The notes under the pieces: model-generated
What the model was told of the DNA's origin: nothing
Seen by the model: only the letters and a program-made list of their open reading frames with translations
The model's database searches: none
Program-made: the position numbers and the translations under genes
Assembly: GCA_045589295.1 (NCBI GenBank)
Contig: JAZNOU010000020.1
Coordinates: 18,719 to 82,718 of the forward strand
DNA from: Clostridia bacterium
Lineage (GTDB): Bacteria; Bacillota; Clostridia; RGIG6154
Length of the DNA: 64,000 bases
Direction: 5' to 3'
Shown: positions 29,947 to 41,423 of the stretch, piece after piece
How the letters are laid out: each line of letters begins with the position of its first letter
How positions within the stretch are numbered: position 1 is the first letter of the stretch

Positions 29947-31743
29947 TTATTCCCCTTTACATTCCTTTAAATTAATCGGCAGATTAACCGTAACGGTTGT
30001 ACCTTTACCGTACTCACTGTCAATTGAAATCGTTCCTTTATGTGCCTCGATAATTTCTTTTGCAATCGCAAGACCTAATCCTGTTCCGCCTTGCTTTCTG
30101 CTTCTTGCCTTATCAACCCTGTAAAATCTGTCAAAAATCATAGGCAAATCTTTTTCAGGTATTCCTATTCCTGTATCGGACACACTGATATAAATAATAT
30201 CTTCTCTGCCACCGCACAAAACTGAAACAGTTCCGCCTTCTTGCGTATACTTTATAGCATTTGAAATAATGTTTACTACAACCTGATTGATTTTATCTTT
30301 ATCGACAAATATTCTGTCAACGTCCGTACCTTTTACATAGGTAAGTGTAATCTTGCTTTTTTTTGCAGTTATACTCATTGTTGACACAATCTGTTCAACA
30401 AGCCCCTGAACATCGCAAAAAGAAAGTTTAAGTGCATCTTCGGTATGTTCAAGTCTTGATAAAACCAAAAGATCTGTTACAAGTCTTGTCATTCTGTCCG
30501 CTTCGTTATTAATAACAGTTAAAAAATTTCTGCTGACTTCTTTATCATCAATATCATTATCCAGAAGAGTTTCTGAATAAGATTTTATATTTGTAAGCGG
30601 AGTTCTTAACTCGTGTGAAACATCTGCAACAAACGCTCTTCGTGATTTGTCAAGTTTTTGTTGTTTTGTAATATCCTGAAGTGCAACAACAACACCTTCT
30701 GTTTTATTGAACTCTGTTTTGTAAGGAGCAAAATGAGCACTTATAATCATATCTTCAAATTCAAATTCCCACTCTTTTTTTACATCCTCTTTATTTTCAA
30801 TGATATCCTGCATTGAAATTTCAACATTTAATTTTTCACAAAGTAATGCAAAATCAGAAAGCATACTCTTATCTGCCTTAAGCATTTTTTCTGCAGACGG
30901 ATTTATATGAATTAGCTTTCCCCTTAAATCAAAGGCGACTATACCATCATCAAGGTTTTTGATAATAACCTCAATTTTGTCTTTCTCAGATGAAATCTCA
31001 TCCAATGTATTTTTTAATTTTGCCGCCATTATATTAAATGTCGTAGTAAGCACACCGAGCTCATCATCGCCCCTTACTTCAATAACGCTGTCAAAATTAC
31101 CCTCTGCCATTCTGCTGGCTTTACCTGTTAAGTTTCTTATAGGTACAGTAATTGTTTTGCTCATAAAAAATCCAATAACAGCCGCAATAAGGGCACCATA
31201 GAGAATAGCCTGCATTACAACCATAAACATATTATGGCTGATTTCCTTTACTTCGGTTTTGTTGTCCATTACATAAATTATGTAACTTGATTTTTCACTT
31301 TTTATGGGATAGGCATAGTCCATAAAGCTTGATTTTACCGATATCTCATCTCCGATATTTCCCGCTATTGCAGATACGATGTTATTTGTCAGAACTATAT
31401 CTGTTGCTTCGCCGCTTCCAGTTATATATTTACCCGATGCACCATCTAAAATATAGTAGTTTCGGTTTGTTCCCACGCCAAGTCTTACTGGAGCAAACGC
31501 ATCCATAATTTGTTTAAGGCTTCCGACAGGGTCCTGCTCGCTTACTGCCACAGTCAAACTTTTGTTCAAAGATTCGTTAAATTCCAAATTCATTTTTTCC
31601 TTAAACTGATTGTGATAAAAGCCAGAAACACTGCTTAAAAGAAATGTTCCTGCTATTATCATAACTGACAAAATAAGCAAAATGAATATAAAAATCAATT
31701 TCCACTGAATTTTATGGAAATTTCTTCTCGCTTTTTTAAACAA
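29947..31743 (-). CDS. WalK-like sensor histidine kinase (2 TM, HAMP, PAS, HisKA, HATPase)
   Basis: DELGVL, DVSHELRTPLT, NAIKYT, DTGIGI, FYRVDKARSR, GGTGLGL; TTG start after GGAGG. Confidence 0.9.
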   Translation of the reverse strand: MFKKARRNFHKIQWKLIFIFILLILSVMIIAGTFLLSSVSGFYHNQFKEKMNLEFNESLNKSLTVAVSEQDPVGSLKQIMDAFAPVRLGVGTNRNYYILDGASGKYITGSGEATDIVLTNNIVSAIAGNIGDEISVKSSFMDYAYPIKSEKSSYIIYVMDNKTEVKEISHNMFMVVMQAILYGALIAAVIGFFMSKTITVPIRNLTGKASRMAEGNFDSVIEVRGDDELGVLTTTFNIMAAKLKNTLDEISSEKDKIEVIIKNLDDGIVAFDLRGKLIHINPSAEKMLKADKSMLSDFALLCEKLNVEISMQDIIENKEDVKKEWEFEFEDMIISAHFAPYKTEFNKTEGVVVALQDITKQQKLDKSRRAFVADVSHELRTPLTNIKSYSETLLDNDIDDKEVSRNFLTVINNEADRMTRLVTDLLVLSRLEHTEDALKLSFCDVQGLVEQIVSTMSITAKKSKITLTYVKGTDVDRIFVDKDKINQVVVNIISNAIKYTQEGGTVSVLCGGREDIIYISVSDTGIGIPEKDLPMIFDRFYRVDKARSRKQGGTGLGLAIAKEIIEAHKGTISIDSEYGKGTTVTVNLPINLKECKGE

Positions 31744-31800
31744 ACAAGCGTTCCTCCCTCTCATCAAATAGGTATACAAGTTTACACAATACCATTAAAT

Positions 31801-31885
31801 AGTATATCATAAAATCGGATTTTGTCAATAAAGAGTAACTTTAACCTTTTTTTGAGTTGACTTTTGTTTTAGCTGGTGGTATAAT
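31801..31885. promoter_or_regulatory. Divergent SigA promoters (kinase on -, guaB on +)
   Basis: Minus TTGACA-N16-TATACT (31828-31801); plus TTGACT-N17-TATAAT (31857-31885). Confidence 0.7.
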
Positions 31886-31898
31886 AAATAAAATATAA

Positions 31899-33404
<1,506 letters not shown>

Positions 33405-33421
33405 TTATCGGAGTAATTTCA

Positions 33422-34642
33422 ATGTACAGTGTAATCCTTGTATCTTCTGCAAAGCACGTTACAGAAAGTTTTAATTCTATGCATCTTTGGGAAAACCAAA
33501 GTTTTAACTTAGAGCTCGTAACAAGCGACTTGCAGGAAGCATTACAAAAGACACCTGATGTTTTGATTTGTCCTTTTAACAATCCTGATTTTTCCGGGTG
33601 CGAACTCGCAAGAAAATTGTTTGTTGATAAAAGCAAAACAAAGGTGGTACTATACGGAAGAAAATCATACGACTCAGTTAAATCAGCCATCAATGCAAGG
33701 GCGTGGGGATATCTCTCCATGCCTCTTGAACTTGATGACTTTTTTTCTCTGTTTATAAATTTAAGACAATATCTTGATACAGAATCAAAAGATTCTCTCC
33801 CTCACTTTGACCTGACTCAATTAAGATGTGAATTCTTTCAAAAACTTTTATCTCAGACAATCAGTGAAAAATCAGAGGTTGAAAAAGAGTTTTCAATGCT
33901 GCGACTTCCCGTTAGCTACACTGAAGATTCGTGTACAATTATACATTTTACAATCAATAATTTTTCAGGATATTTAACAAATAAGTGGAAATACGGTAAA
34001 GATGCTCTTTATGTTGCAGTAAATAACTTTATTGCAATAAACAGGTCCGACATTATATCTCTTCCAGTTAACACATCTGATAACAATGTCTATATTGCTG
34101 TGTTTGGTCTTTCTGATGATGAAATATGTTCTAAATATGCAGAAACCACAAAAAATTTATATGACATTATGGGCATTGAGCTTTCGTATGCAATCATCCG
34201 AAAATACCACTCACTTTATGATATTTTTGACAAAAAAGACATTCAGCTACTTTCTCAAAGTGTATCTTTGGTCATATCAGATACCACTGGAATTAACTAC
34301 GATACTGATGCAGACAACGATGCTGTTGTTCTTGCTAAAAAATATATTGCCAAAAGCTATCAAAAAGAAATCTGTCTTGATGATGTGGCAAGATATGTAG
34401 ATTTGAGTTCTGCGTATTTCAGCAGATTGTTTAAGCAACAAACCGGAGAAAATTTTATTGACTACCTTATTAAAATCAGAATGGAAAAAGGTAAGTCGCT
34501 CCTTGCTGAAACCAACTTAAAAACCTACCAAATAGGTGAACGCGTAGGATATAACAACAGCAAATATTTCTGTAAGCTTTTTAAAAACTACACAGGTTAC
34601 ACACCTACAGAATATCGTACTAAAATCAAAAGAATGCATTAA
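33422..34642 (+). CDS. YesN-like AraC regulator with degenerate receiver domain
   Basis: C-terminal AraC HTH (YFSRLFKQQTG, VGYNNSKYFCKLFK, TPTEYR); N-terminal REC-like pattern lacking catalytic residues. Confidence 0.85.
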   Translation: MYSVILVSSAKHVTESFNSMHLWENQSFNLELVTSDLQEALQKTPDVLICPFNNPDFSGCELARKLFVDKSKTKVVLYGRKSYDSVKSAINARAWGYLSMPLELDDFFSLFINLRQYLDTESKDSLPHFDLTQLRCEFFQKLLSQTISEKSEVEKEFSMLRLPVSYTEDSCTIIHFTINNFSGYLTNKWKYGKDALYVAVNNFIAINRSDIISLPVNTSDNNVYIAVFGLSDDEICSKYAETTKNLYDIMGIELSYAIIRKYHSLYDIFDKKDIQLLSQSVSLVISDTTGINYDTDADNDAVVLAKKYIAKSYQKEICLDDVARYVDLSSAYFSRLFKQQTGENFIDYLIKIRMEKGKSLLAETNLKTYQIGERVGYNNSKYFCKLFKNYTGYTPTEYRTKIKRMH

Positions 34643-34674
34643 AAAAACGGATGTGAATTTCACATCCGTTTTTT
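34641..34674. terminator. Bidirectional intrinsic terminator
   Basis: AAAAAAACGGATGTGAA-T-TTCACATCCGTTTTT. Confidence 0.85.
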
Positions 34675-34675
34675 A

Positions 34676-35578
34676 TTATTCTATTATACTTTCATCTCTT
34701 ACAAACGGCTCATTTATTAGCATATGAATAAACGATTCATTTTTCTGTCCTTCGATTAAGAACTGAACCTTTTCAACCCCGTCAAGTTCTGTTAAAGTGT
34801 TTACAATTGAATAAATTGTAAGCTGTTCGCTGGCTGTTCCGCCTGTATGTCTTGATACAAATTCCTGCGAAAGATTTACAAAGCAAACTTCATCTTTTGT
34901 CTCTACCGACAAAATTTTTGTTTCTGACGGAATAGTTTTACTGTTGTTCTTAAACTTAGGTCCTTTCATCAATTCTTTGAGTGCCTGAATTTCAAGAGAC
35001 TCTTTTTCATTAACGGTTATTTTTCTAGATTCGCTTACCAAATATGAACCATCACCATTGGCAAAATAAAGTGTTATATATTGCTGAGTCTTTATTTCAG
35101 GTGTGGTATCATACACAATGTCGTTTTTGTTCATAATTCCAAACACATTGCCCATGGAATTAACAAAATCTCCTCCGTCTACCGTAATTAAAACTCTGCT
35201 TATTCCCTCAATTTCTGAAACTGTCCTTAAAACCGATGTGCTTAAAAGCAAAGTATCTGCATCATTTTCAAGACAAACATCATCAGAAAAATCAATTATT
35301 GCAAGGTCACCTGTAACACTAACGTCATTAACCTGAGTTTCTTTTGGTATAATAGCGTTATATTCAGCATTTTTAGGTCCTTTGACCAACTCTTTTACAA
35401 CATGCATCGCAATGCTCTGGTCATCTTTTATTAATATATCTCTTGTTTCACTCACAAGTTCTGTGCTGTTAGAATTGGCAAAATATAGCTTCGCAGTGTA
35501 CTGCAGTGTCTTATTTTTACAAGATGTACCCCCAAGCACAAGTACACACGCCAATAGCACACATATTATTTTTTTCAT
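34676..35578 (-). CDS. Lipoprotein with two GerMN domains
   Basis: Signal/lipobox GGTSC; twice LYFAN..E.R...L.KGP; SIVNTLTE, VQFLIEG. Confidence 0.88.
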   Translation of the reverse strand: MKKIICVLLACVLVLGGTSCKNKTLQYTAKLYFANSNSTELVSETRDILIKDDQSIAMHVVKELVKGPKNAEYNAIIPKETQVNDVSVTGDLAIIDFSDDVCLENDADTLLLSTSVLRTVSEIEGISRVLITVDGGDFVNSMGNVFGIMNKNDIVYDTTPEIKTQQYITLYFANGDGSYLVSESRKITVNEKESLEIQALKELMKGPKFKNNSKTIPSETKILSVETKDEVCFVNLSQEFVSRHTGGTASEQLTIYSIVNTLTELDGVEKVQFLIEGQKNESFIHMLINEPFVRDESIIE

Positions 35579-37026
35579 AGCCCTACCTCCTGAACCTTTT
35601 GGTCATCAAGCTGTAATTTTTTCGGTACTATTATTATAAACTTTGTTCCCACACCTTCGGTGCTGTCAACTAAAATTTTTCCTTCGTGCATCATAACTAC
35701 GTCATTTGCAATAGAAAGCCCCAGTCCTGTACCGCCACTTTCTCTTGCACGTGCTTTATCCACACGGTAAAATCTGTCAAAGATTTTGTTGATATCATCT
35801 TCGGGAATTCCTATTCCTGTATCAACAATTTCAATACGGCAAAATTCGCCATCATTAAACACGTAAACAGTTACTATACCACCTGAAGGTGTATATTTTA
35901 TTGCATTATCGGTAATGTTATACACCACCTGCCAGAATTTTTCTCTGTCTACCATTGCAAGTGCTTCTTTATTAGTTGCATTGGAAAGGGTTACATTCTT
36001 ATCCTCGGAAACAGGGAGCAAACTTTTTACAATTCTGTCTGCCATTTCGTTAAGGTCAGTAACTTTTAAATCCAGCTGGTCATCACCCACATCAAGTTTT
36101 GTCAAAGATAAAAGCCTGTCAATAATTTTTGTGAGTCTGTCAATTTCTCCGTTGATATCTCCCATAAACTCACGCACGCTTTCTTCATCCAGCTCATTCA
36201 TTGACAGAATTGAGTCCGACAGAAGCTTTATTGAACTTAGAGGAGTTTTTAATTCGTGTGAAGCATTTGAAACAAAAAGTCTTCTCTTTTCTTCCATCTC
36301 TTCAAGTTTGTCAATAAGAGAGTTAAATGCAACTCCGAGTTCAGCTACCTCGTCTTTTCCCATAACAGGAACGTGTTTATCGGGGGTATCCCCTTCCATC
36401 CCTCTTATTATCCTTGTAAATCTTTCAATTGGTCCTATGATAACATCGGACATAACCGAGCTTAATACGCCAATCAACAAGCAAACTATAAGCGAAATAA
36501 CAATTAAAATCCATCTTACATTAGCAACGAACTCATCAATTGAAGATGCAACCTCAGAGACATATACAACACCAACAGTTTCAGACTCGCGTATAACAGA
36601 AACCGCACCCTGAATTACCGTACCTATATCTTTTTCCTTGTTGGCACTTACAACATCATTGCCTTTTAAAGCTGACATAATTTCCTGCTTAATCAAAACT
36701 TTGCCGAATATGCTGTTATTATTTGACGAGTCATAAATAACAGTCGCTGTTGCGTCTGTGATGATAATTCTGGCTGAAGTACTTGCATTTGTTCTTTCTA
36801 CAATATACGAAACAGCTGCAGGATCGTCCATATACTCTGCAACTACATTTGCAATTACATTTGCATTTGCAAGTGTTTCTACTTTTTGCTGATTATTCAG
36901 ATACTGACTCATTGATACTAAGACGTAAGTTGAAATAAACAAAAGTGTAAGCACGATAATACTTATGTACGTAACAACAAGTCTAATTCTCGTAACACCA
37001 ATTTTTTTCTTATGCGTTCTTAAAAT
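35575..37026 (-). CDS. Sensor histidine kinase (HAMP, HisKA, HATPase); start uncertain (GTG 36954 or upstream ATT)
   Basis: SHELKTPL, NAIKYT, FYRVDKARAR, GGTGLGL; frame open to TAG at 37035. Confidence 0.85.
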   Translation of the reverse strand: MLRTHKKKIGVTRIRLVVTYISIIVLTLLFISTYVLVSMSQYLNNQQKVETLANANVIANVVAEYMDDPAAVSYIVERTNASTSARIIITDATATVIYDSSNNNSIFGKVLIKQEIMSALKGNDVVSANKEKDIGTVIQGAVSVIRESETVGVVYVSEVASSIDEFVANVRWILIVISLIVCLLIGVLSSVMSDVIIGPIERFTRIIRGMEGDTPDKHVPVMGKDEVAELGVAFNSLIDKLEEMEEKRRLFVSNASHELKTPLSSIKLLSDSILSMNELDEESVREFMGDINGEIDRLTKIIDRLLSLTKLDVGDDQLDLKVTDLNEMADRIVKSLLPVSEDKNVTLSNATNKEALAMVDREKFWQVVYNITDNAIKYTPSGGIVTVYVFNDGEFCRIEIVDTGIGIPEDDINKIFDRFYRVDKARARESGGTGLGLSIANDVVMMHEGKILVDSTEGVGTKFIIIVPKKLQLDDQKVQEVGL

Positions 37027-37693
37027 AGTATCCTACCCCCCATTTGGTAAGTATATATTTCGGCTGAGCAGGGTCTGTTTCAATTTTTTCTCTAAGGCGT
37101 CTTACATGAACATCAACTGTCCTTGCATCGCCCGGATAATCATATCCCCATATAAGATTCAAAAGGTCATCTCTTGAATAAACTCTGCCAGGGTTTGACA
37201 AAAGCAAATCCATAATATCATACTCTTTAACAGTAAGTTCTATTTTTTTGCCTTCAATATCTACACGTCTGGTCATTCTGTCAAGAACTACACCAAAAGC
37301 AGAAAGGTTATTTTCCTGTCCGCTTTCCACGTCGCGTGATTTTCTTCTTAAAATAGCTTTAACTCTTGCTTTAAGTTCTAAAATATTAAAAGGCTTTGTC
37401 ATATAATCATCTGCGCCGTAGTCAAGCCCCATAATTTTATCAATATCATCGCTTTTGGCAGTGAGCATAATAATTGGCACGTTTGAGGTTTCCCTTACTT
37501 TCTGGCAAACTTCCAATCCATCCATTTTAGGGAGCATCAAATCTAATATTATAAGGTCAATACTCTTGTCCTTTGCAGCTTTTACAGCTTCTTCACCGTC
37601 AAATGCAGTGACAACCTCATAGTTATCCTGCTCAAAGTTGAATTTTAGACCTTTTACAAGCAGTTTTTCGTCATCAACAATCAAGAGTTTCAA
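37010..37693 (-). CDS. OmpR-family response regulator
   Basis: VDDE, LDLMLP, KPF, RTVDVHVRRLR, WGVGYYF. Confidence 0.95.
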   Translation of the reverse strand: MKLLIVDDEKLLVKGLKFNFEQDNYEVVTAFDGEEAVKAAKDKSIDLIILDLMLPKMDGLEVCQKVRETSNVPIIMLTAKSDDIDKIMGLDYGADDYMTKPFNILELKARVKAILRRKSRDVESGQENNLSAFGVVLDRMTRRVDIEGKKIELTVKEYDIMDLLLSNPGRVYSRDDLLNLIWGYDYPGDARTVDVHVRRLREKIETDPAQPKYILTKWGVGYYFKNA

Positions 37694-37723
37694 TTTGTAT
37701 TCTTCCTTTCTTCCGTGTTAAAA

Positions 37724-38908
37724 CTATCTATATCTCCTATTAAGATTTCTTCTTCTCTTCTTTTTTTTGTTATGCCTTATTATAAGCACAATATACATAA
37801 ATATAATCCATGCAACAAAAATGATTATTGCCCACAATATAATATAAAGCATTATTTTCCAAAGTGGCATTCTTACATCAACCTCAACATCCAAAGTTGC
37901 CATAATTGCGCCTGTTTCTGATATAACATCTACACCTTCATTACTGAATGAATATGTGAACTCCTTAGACTTGTCCTTGTCAACCCAGAAGGTAACTTCT
38001 CCTTTTGGTGTGTATGTAGTATATTTTTGAGTTTTAGGTGCTACATCCTTGTGTGTTATTGTAACACTGTCAAGTGAATTATAGGCATATTTTAACAATT
38101 TTTCAGTATCGTCATAAACTGTATTGAAGTCAGGTGCTTTAAGCACAACCGCTATAACAGATATACCATTTTTCTCACCGTAAGTAACCAGAGTATGCTT
38201 TGATTCTGTTGTATATCCTGCCTTACCTCCAATTACACCAAGTCCTTCATATTTTGGCCAGTGCATCATTCTGTGCTGAGCCACCATATTGCGCATTTCG
38301 TCTTTCTTGTTTGTATAAGGAATAGAATACTCAACCTCTGAAAAAACCTTCATAAACTCTTTGTTCTTAATAGCATTCTGCGTTATAAGTGCAAAATCAA
38401 AGGCAGATGTATAGTGGTCTTCATCCATAAGTCCGTTAGCATTTGCAAAATTAGTATTTCTTGTTCCCATTTGTCTTGCAGTTTTATTCATCAAACTCAC
38501 AAATTCTTCTATGGAACCAGAAATATGCTCCGCAATAACATTGCAGGCATCATTTGCAGACATAAGCTGGGCTGCATACATAAGTTGTTCAAGCGAAAAC
38601 TCCTCGCCGTAATCAATAGCTATATTTGAAGTATCTCTCGGAACCGCTTGAATAGCCGCTTCCGACGCTTTTGCAATATCAGTATTTTCGCTTTGTGCCG
38701 CCAAATACAACGTCATTATTTTGGTAATGCTTGCAGGGTAGAGTTTTTGGTCTTTGTTCTTTTCATACAAAATCTGACCTGTTTGTGCATCAATCAAAAC
38801 CGCCGCATCACTCTTAATTTTTGGAATTTCGGCACTTACATTTTCTATACATGTCATGCAAATCACAAATGTCAAAATAACCGCCGTTAATCGTTTTAAC
38901 ATTTTCAT
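37724..38908 (-). CDS. D-alanyl-D-alanine carboxypeptidase (S11)
   Basis: PASITK, SAN, GGKAG; signal peptide and C-terminal TM. Confidence 0.9.
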   Translation of the reverse strand: MKMLKRLTAVILTFVICMTCIENVSAEIPKIKSDAAVLIDAQTGQILYEKNKDQKLYPASITKIMTLYLAAQSENTDIAKASEAAIQAVPRDTSNIAIDYGEEFSLEQLMYAAQLMSANDACNVIAEHISGSIEEFVSLMNKTARQMGTRNTNFANANGLMDEDHYTSAFDFALITQNAIKNKEFMKVFSEVEYSIPYTNKKDEMRNMVAQHRMMHWPKYEGLGVIGGKAGYTTESKHTLVTYGEKNGISVIAVVLKAPDFNTVYDDTEKLLKYAYNSLDSVTITHKDVAPKTQKYTTYTPKGEVTFWVDKDKSKEFTYSFSNEGVDVISETGAIMATLDVEVDVRMPLWKIMLYIILWAIIIFVAWIIFMYIVLIIRHNKKKKRRRNLNRRYR

Positions 38909-38921
38909 CTTTTTCCCACCA

Positions 38922-39704
38922 CTATCTGATTTTAATTATTTTCTTTGGACATTTTTCTGCACAAAATCCGCAGCCTGTGCATTTTTCAGTATTAATAACT
39001 GCAAGATTATCAACAACCGAAATTGCCTCTGCCTCACAGTTTTTCTCACAAATTCTGCATCCGATACATCCTGTTTTACAGTTATCCTTAACTACAATCC
39101 CTTTATCCAAAGACGAACATTTAACGTAGACTTTTGTTTTCTTTGGCATAATTTTAATCACCTTTTTAGGACACACCGAGGCGCAAACCCCGCAACCTGT
39201 GCATTTTTCGTAGTCAACACTAACTATACTATCTTTGATTTCAAGTGCTCCAAAAGCACATTTTTTTACGCAATCACCATATCCTAAGCAAGCGTATTTA
39301 CAAAGTTTGTCGCCATCTTTTAACTTATTAATATCATAACAACTTATGCTTCCGTCAAAATCATATTTTTTTATGGCAATATCAGTTTTACCAGAACACA
39401 TAACAAACGCTGCCTTTGGCTCGTTTTTTTCTGCTTTAATCCCCATTATTTCAGCAATTTTATCAACATTTAAACATCCGGGACAAATATTAACATTCGC
39501 TTTGCCCTCAACTATTGCCGCCGCACATGCACTGCAACCTGCATAACCGCATCCTCCGCAGTTTGCTCCCGGGAGAAGTTCACATATCAGTCCTATTCTT
39601 TCATCTGTTTTTACTTCAAACAACTTAGATGCAATACTTAAAATAATCCCAACTGCTAAACCTATTGCACCGAAAAGCAGAACAGGAACGATAATTTCAT
39701 TCAT
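38922..39704 (-). CDS. rnfB: Rnf complex subunit B
   Basis: LPGANCGGCGYAGC and multiple CxxCxxCxxxCP. Confidence 0.95.
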   Translation of the reverse strand: MNEIIVPVLLFGAIGLAVGIILSIASKLFEVKTDERIGLICELLPGANCGGCGYAGCSACAAAIVEGKANVNICPGCLNVDKIAEIMGIKAEKNEPKAAFVMCSGKTDIAIKKYDFDGSISCYDINKLKDGDKLCKYACLGYGDCVKKCAFGALEIKDSIVSVDYEKCTGCGVCASVCPKKVIKIMPKKTKVYVKCSSLDKGIVVKDNCKTGCIGCRICEKNCEAEAISVVDNLAVINTEKCTGCGFCAEKCPKKIIKIR

Positions 39705-39716
39705 TTAATCCACCCC

Positions 39717-40295
39717 TTACATTCCTGCAAATCCTAAAAAGGCTATTGAAATAAGCGCTGCTGAAACCAAAACAATCGGAAAACCCTGCATAAATTTTGG
39801 AATTCTTGCAGTTTCAAGTCTTTCTCTTACACCTGAAAGTAACACAATTGCAACAGTAAACCCTATCGCAGCAAAGAAATTAAACACAATGGTTTCCAAA
39901 AGTCCATAGTTAAATGTATCAACAGCAAGTAAAACTGCGCCTAAAACTGCGCAATTAGTTGTAATAAGCGGCAAATATATTCCAAGTGCCGAGTATAGCG
40001 AAGGTGAATATTTTTGGAGTGCCATCTCAACAAACTGAACCAGTGCAGCTATAACAAATATGAACACAATAGTTTTCATATACTGCATATTAAATGCTAC
40101 AAGAATGTATTTGTTAATAAGCCAGGTTATAGTTCCTGCCATGGTCATTACAAAAGTAACTGCCATACCCATACCAACGGCGGTTGATGTTTTTTTAGAA
40201 ACGCCTAAAAAAGCACATATTCCCATAAATCTTGACAAAACAAAGTTGTTAATCAAAATTGCAGCAATAGCAATTTTGAAGATGTTTTCAAACAT
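39717..40295 (-). CDS. rnfA: Rnf complex subunit A
   Basis: NNFVLSRFMGIC, LPLITTNCAVLG. Confidence 0.95.
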   Translation of the reverse strand: MFENIFKIAIAAILINNFVLSRFMGICAFLGVSKKTSTAVGMGMAVTFVMTMAGTITWLINKYILVAFNMQYMKTIVFIFVIAALVQFVEMALQKYSPSLYSALGIYLPLITTNCAVLGAVLLAVDTFNYGLLETIVFNFFAAIGFTVAIVLLSGVRERLETARIPKFMQGFPIVLVSAALISIAFLGFAGM

Positions 40296-40878
40296 TCTTT
40301 TTGCCCTCCTTTATGAGATTTATAGCTCCCAATATCATTCCAAGTGTCAAAAACCCACCCGCAGGTAAAATAAACATTGTTGCAGGCTGATAACCGCTTG
40401 TAAATACCGGAAGTCCGCACCACGTACCTGTACCTAAGATTTCTCTTATGGTTGCGATTATAATAAGTGCAAACGTAAACCCAAGCCCCATTGAAAGTCC
40501 ATCAACTATTGATGGTAAAATTTTATTTTTAGAAGCAAATGCTTCTGCGCGTGCTAAAATTATGCAATTTACTACAATTAGAGGAATAAACACGCCAAGC
40601 GCTTCTGAAAGTTCAGGTAAATAAGCATTTAACAGCATTTCAACTATTGTAACAAACGCTGCAATAATTGCAATATATGCCGCAATTCTTACCTTTTTAG
40701 GAATAAGTTTTCTAAGTGCTGATATAACCGCATTTGAACAAATCAAAACTACTGTTGCAGAAAGTCCCATACCAATTGCATTAATAACCGATGTAGTTGT
40801 GGCAAGCGACGGGCACATACCAAGCAAAAGTACCAAAACGGGATTTTCTTTAACGAAACCTTTTGTAAAATTGTTCAT
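40288..40878 (-). CDS. rnfE: Rnf complex subunit E
   Basis: ENPVLVLLLGMCP, IPLIVVNC, IREILG. Confidence 0.95.
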   Translation of the reverse strand: MNNFTKGFVKENPVLVLLLGMCPSLATTTSVINAIGMGLSATVVLICSNAVISALRKLIPKKVRIAAYIAIIAAFVTIVEMLLNAYLPELSEALGVFIPLIVVNCIILARAEAFASKNKILPSIVDGLSMGLGFTFALIIIATIREILGTGTWCGLPVFTSGYQPATMFILPAGGFLTLGMILGAINLIKEGKKNV

Positions 40879-41423
40879 TACTTACCCCTCCACTGCTTTG
40901 CCACTTCCAACGCATGGTTAACTGCCTGTGTGACTGCCTTTGATGTTACTGTTGCACCTGATATTGCAAGAATATCACTGCTTGTTTTTGAAGTTTTACT
41001 TACACCAATGTTGCCGCTTCTTCCCTCATACTGAGATTTAAAGCTTTCCTTTGATGCATTTGCTCCAAGTCCTGGTGTTTCACTCATTTCCAAAATGTCA
41101 ATTTTGCTAATTGTCCCGTCATTTAAAATCCCGCTCATAACTTTAATGTCACCACCGTAGCCTTTGGCAGAATTAACAACTAAGACACCTGCTCTTTCTC
41201 CGTCCTTTACCGCTTCATAAACGGTGGCTGTTTCATCTTCGTGAAGCACATTATAGTTATCAGCAGGTATAATTTCAGCTAAAGCAGCATTCAACCTATC
41301 TTTAGCATTTTGCTCAATTACAGGAGCGGTAAGCTTATTTACATAGCTCATTGCAAAAGCAATAACTACAGCAATTACCACTAAAGTTACAATCATTTTC
41401 AAAGAAGAATTTTCTTTAGCCAT
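40878..41423 (-). CDS. rnfG: Rnf complex subunit G
   Basis: GYGG, ETPGLG, ISGATVTS (FMN site). Confidence 0.93.
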   Translation of the reverse strand: MAKENSSLKMIVTLVVIAVVIAFAMSYVNKLTAPVIEQNAKDRLNAALAEIIPADNYNVLHEDETATVYEAVKDGERAGVLVVNSAKGYGGDIKVMSGILNDGTISKIDILEMSETPGLGANASKESFKSQYEGRSGNIGVSKTSKTSSDILAISGATVTSKAVTQAVNHALEVAKQWRGK

